Below, piece by piece: positions 63,821 to 64,000 of a DNA stretch of 64,000 nucleotides. The notes under the pieces are model-generated. The model had not been told where the DNA came from and searched no databases. It worked only from the letters and a program-made list of their open reading frames with translations. This stretch comes from Mobula hypostoma (lineage: Eukaryota): assembly GCF_963921235.1 (NCBI RefSeq), contig NC_086108.1:25916001-25980000 (forward strand). The letters run 5' to 3'. The position numbers and the translations under genes are program-made. Every line of letters begins with the position of its first letter. Position 1 is the stretch's first letter.

Positions 63821-64000
63821 GTGAACTATGCAATGTGAATTTATCACAAGACCACAGGTATCAAAATGAAAACAAATGCACTGAAACATTTGTTAGGCCT
63901 TTCACTTCAGTTATGTAAACTGCGGTCCTCGAGAATCAGAGTTACAACACAAGAGCAAGTTCGTGCCCACAGCACTCAGCAATCTGAGTTTGAGCTGTCT

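Overview
Eukaryotic, repeat-dominated genomic DNA with no host protein-coding gene, rRNA, tRNA gene or CRISPR array that I can identify. The repeat inventory points to a cartilaginous fish, probably a ray (inference from recalled repeat families, not a database result): CR1 LINEs with (TTCTATG)n tails, Rex1/Babar-type LINEs with (TCTGAT)n or (TTTGAA)n tails, HE1/V-SINEs and Penelope-derived hairpins. Nearly all long ORFs are decayed TE genes. Recognisable elements are an IR/DR-type Tc1 transposon, an internally deleted Gypsy element, a two-LTR Tf1/sushi-type deletion derivative, two solo LTRs, four large CR1 copies, many Rex1/Babar fragments, a Helitron with STPR-like repeats, an internally deleted Dong/R4-type element and RTE-type SINEs, many of them nested. 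Two signals stand out. First, a family of short palindromic Penelope-derived inserts with long TSDs carries minimal type-I hammerhead ribozyme motifs on both strands. Second, an old inverted duplication of apparently non-TE sequence (43750-50818) is hidden by nested insertions and keeps two perfectly identical blocks plus a frame-preserved 66-nt exon-like unit. Boundaries were read by eye and are approximate unless a TSD is quoted.
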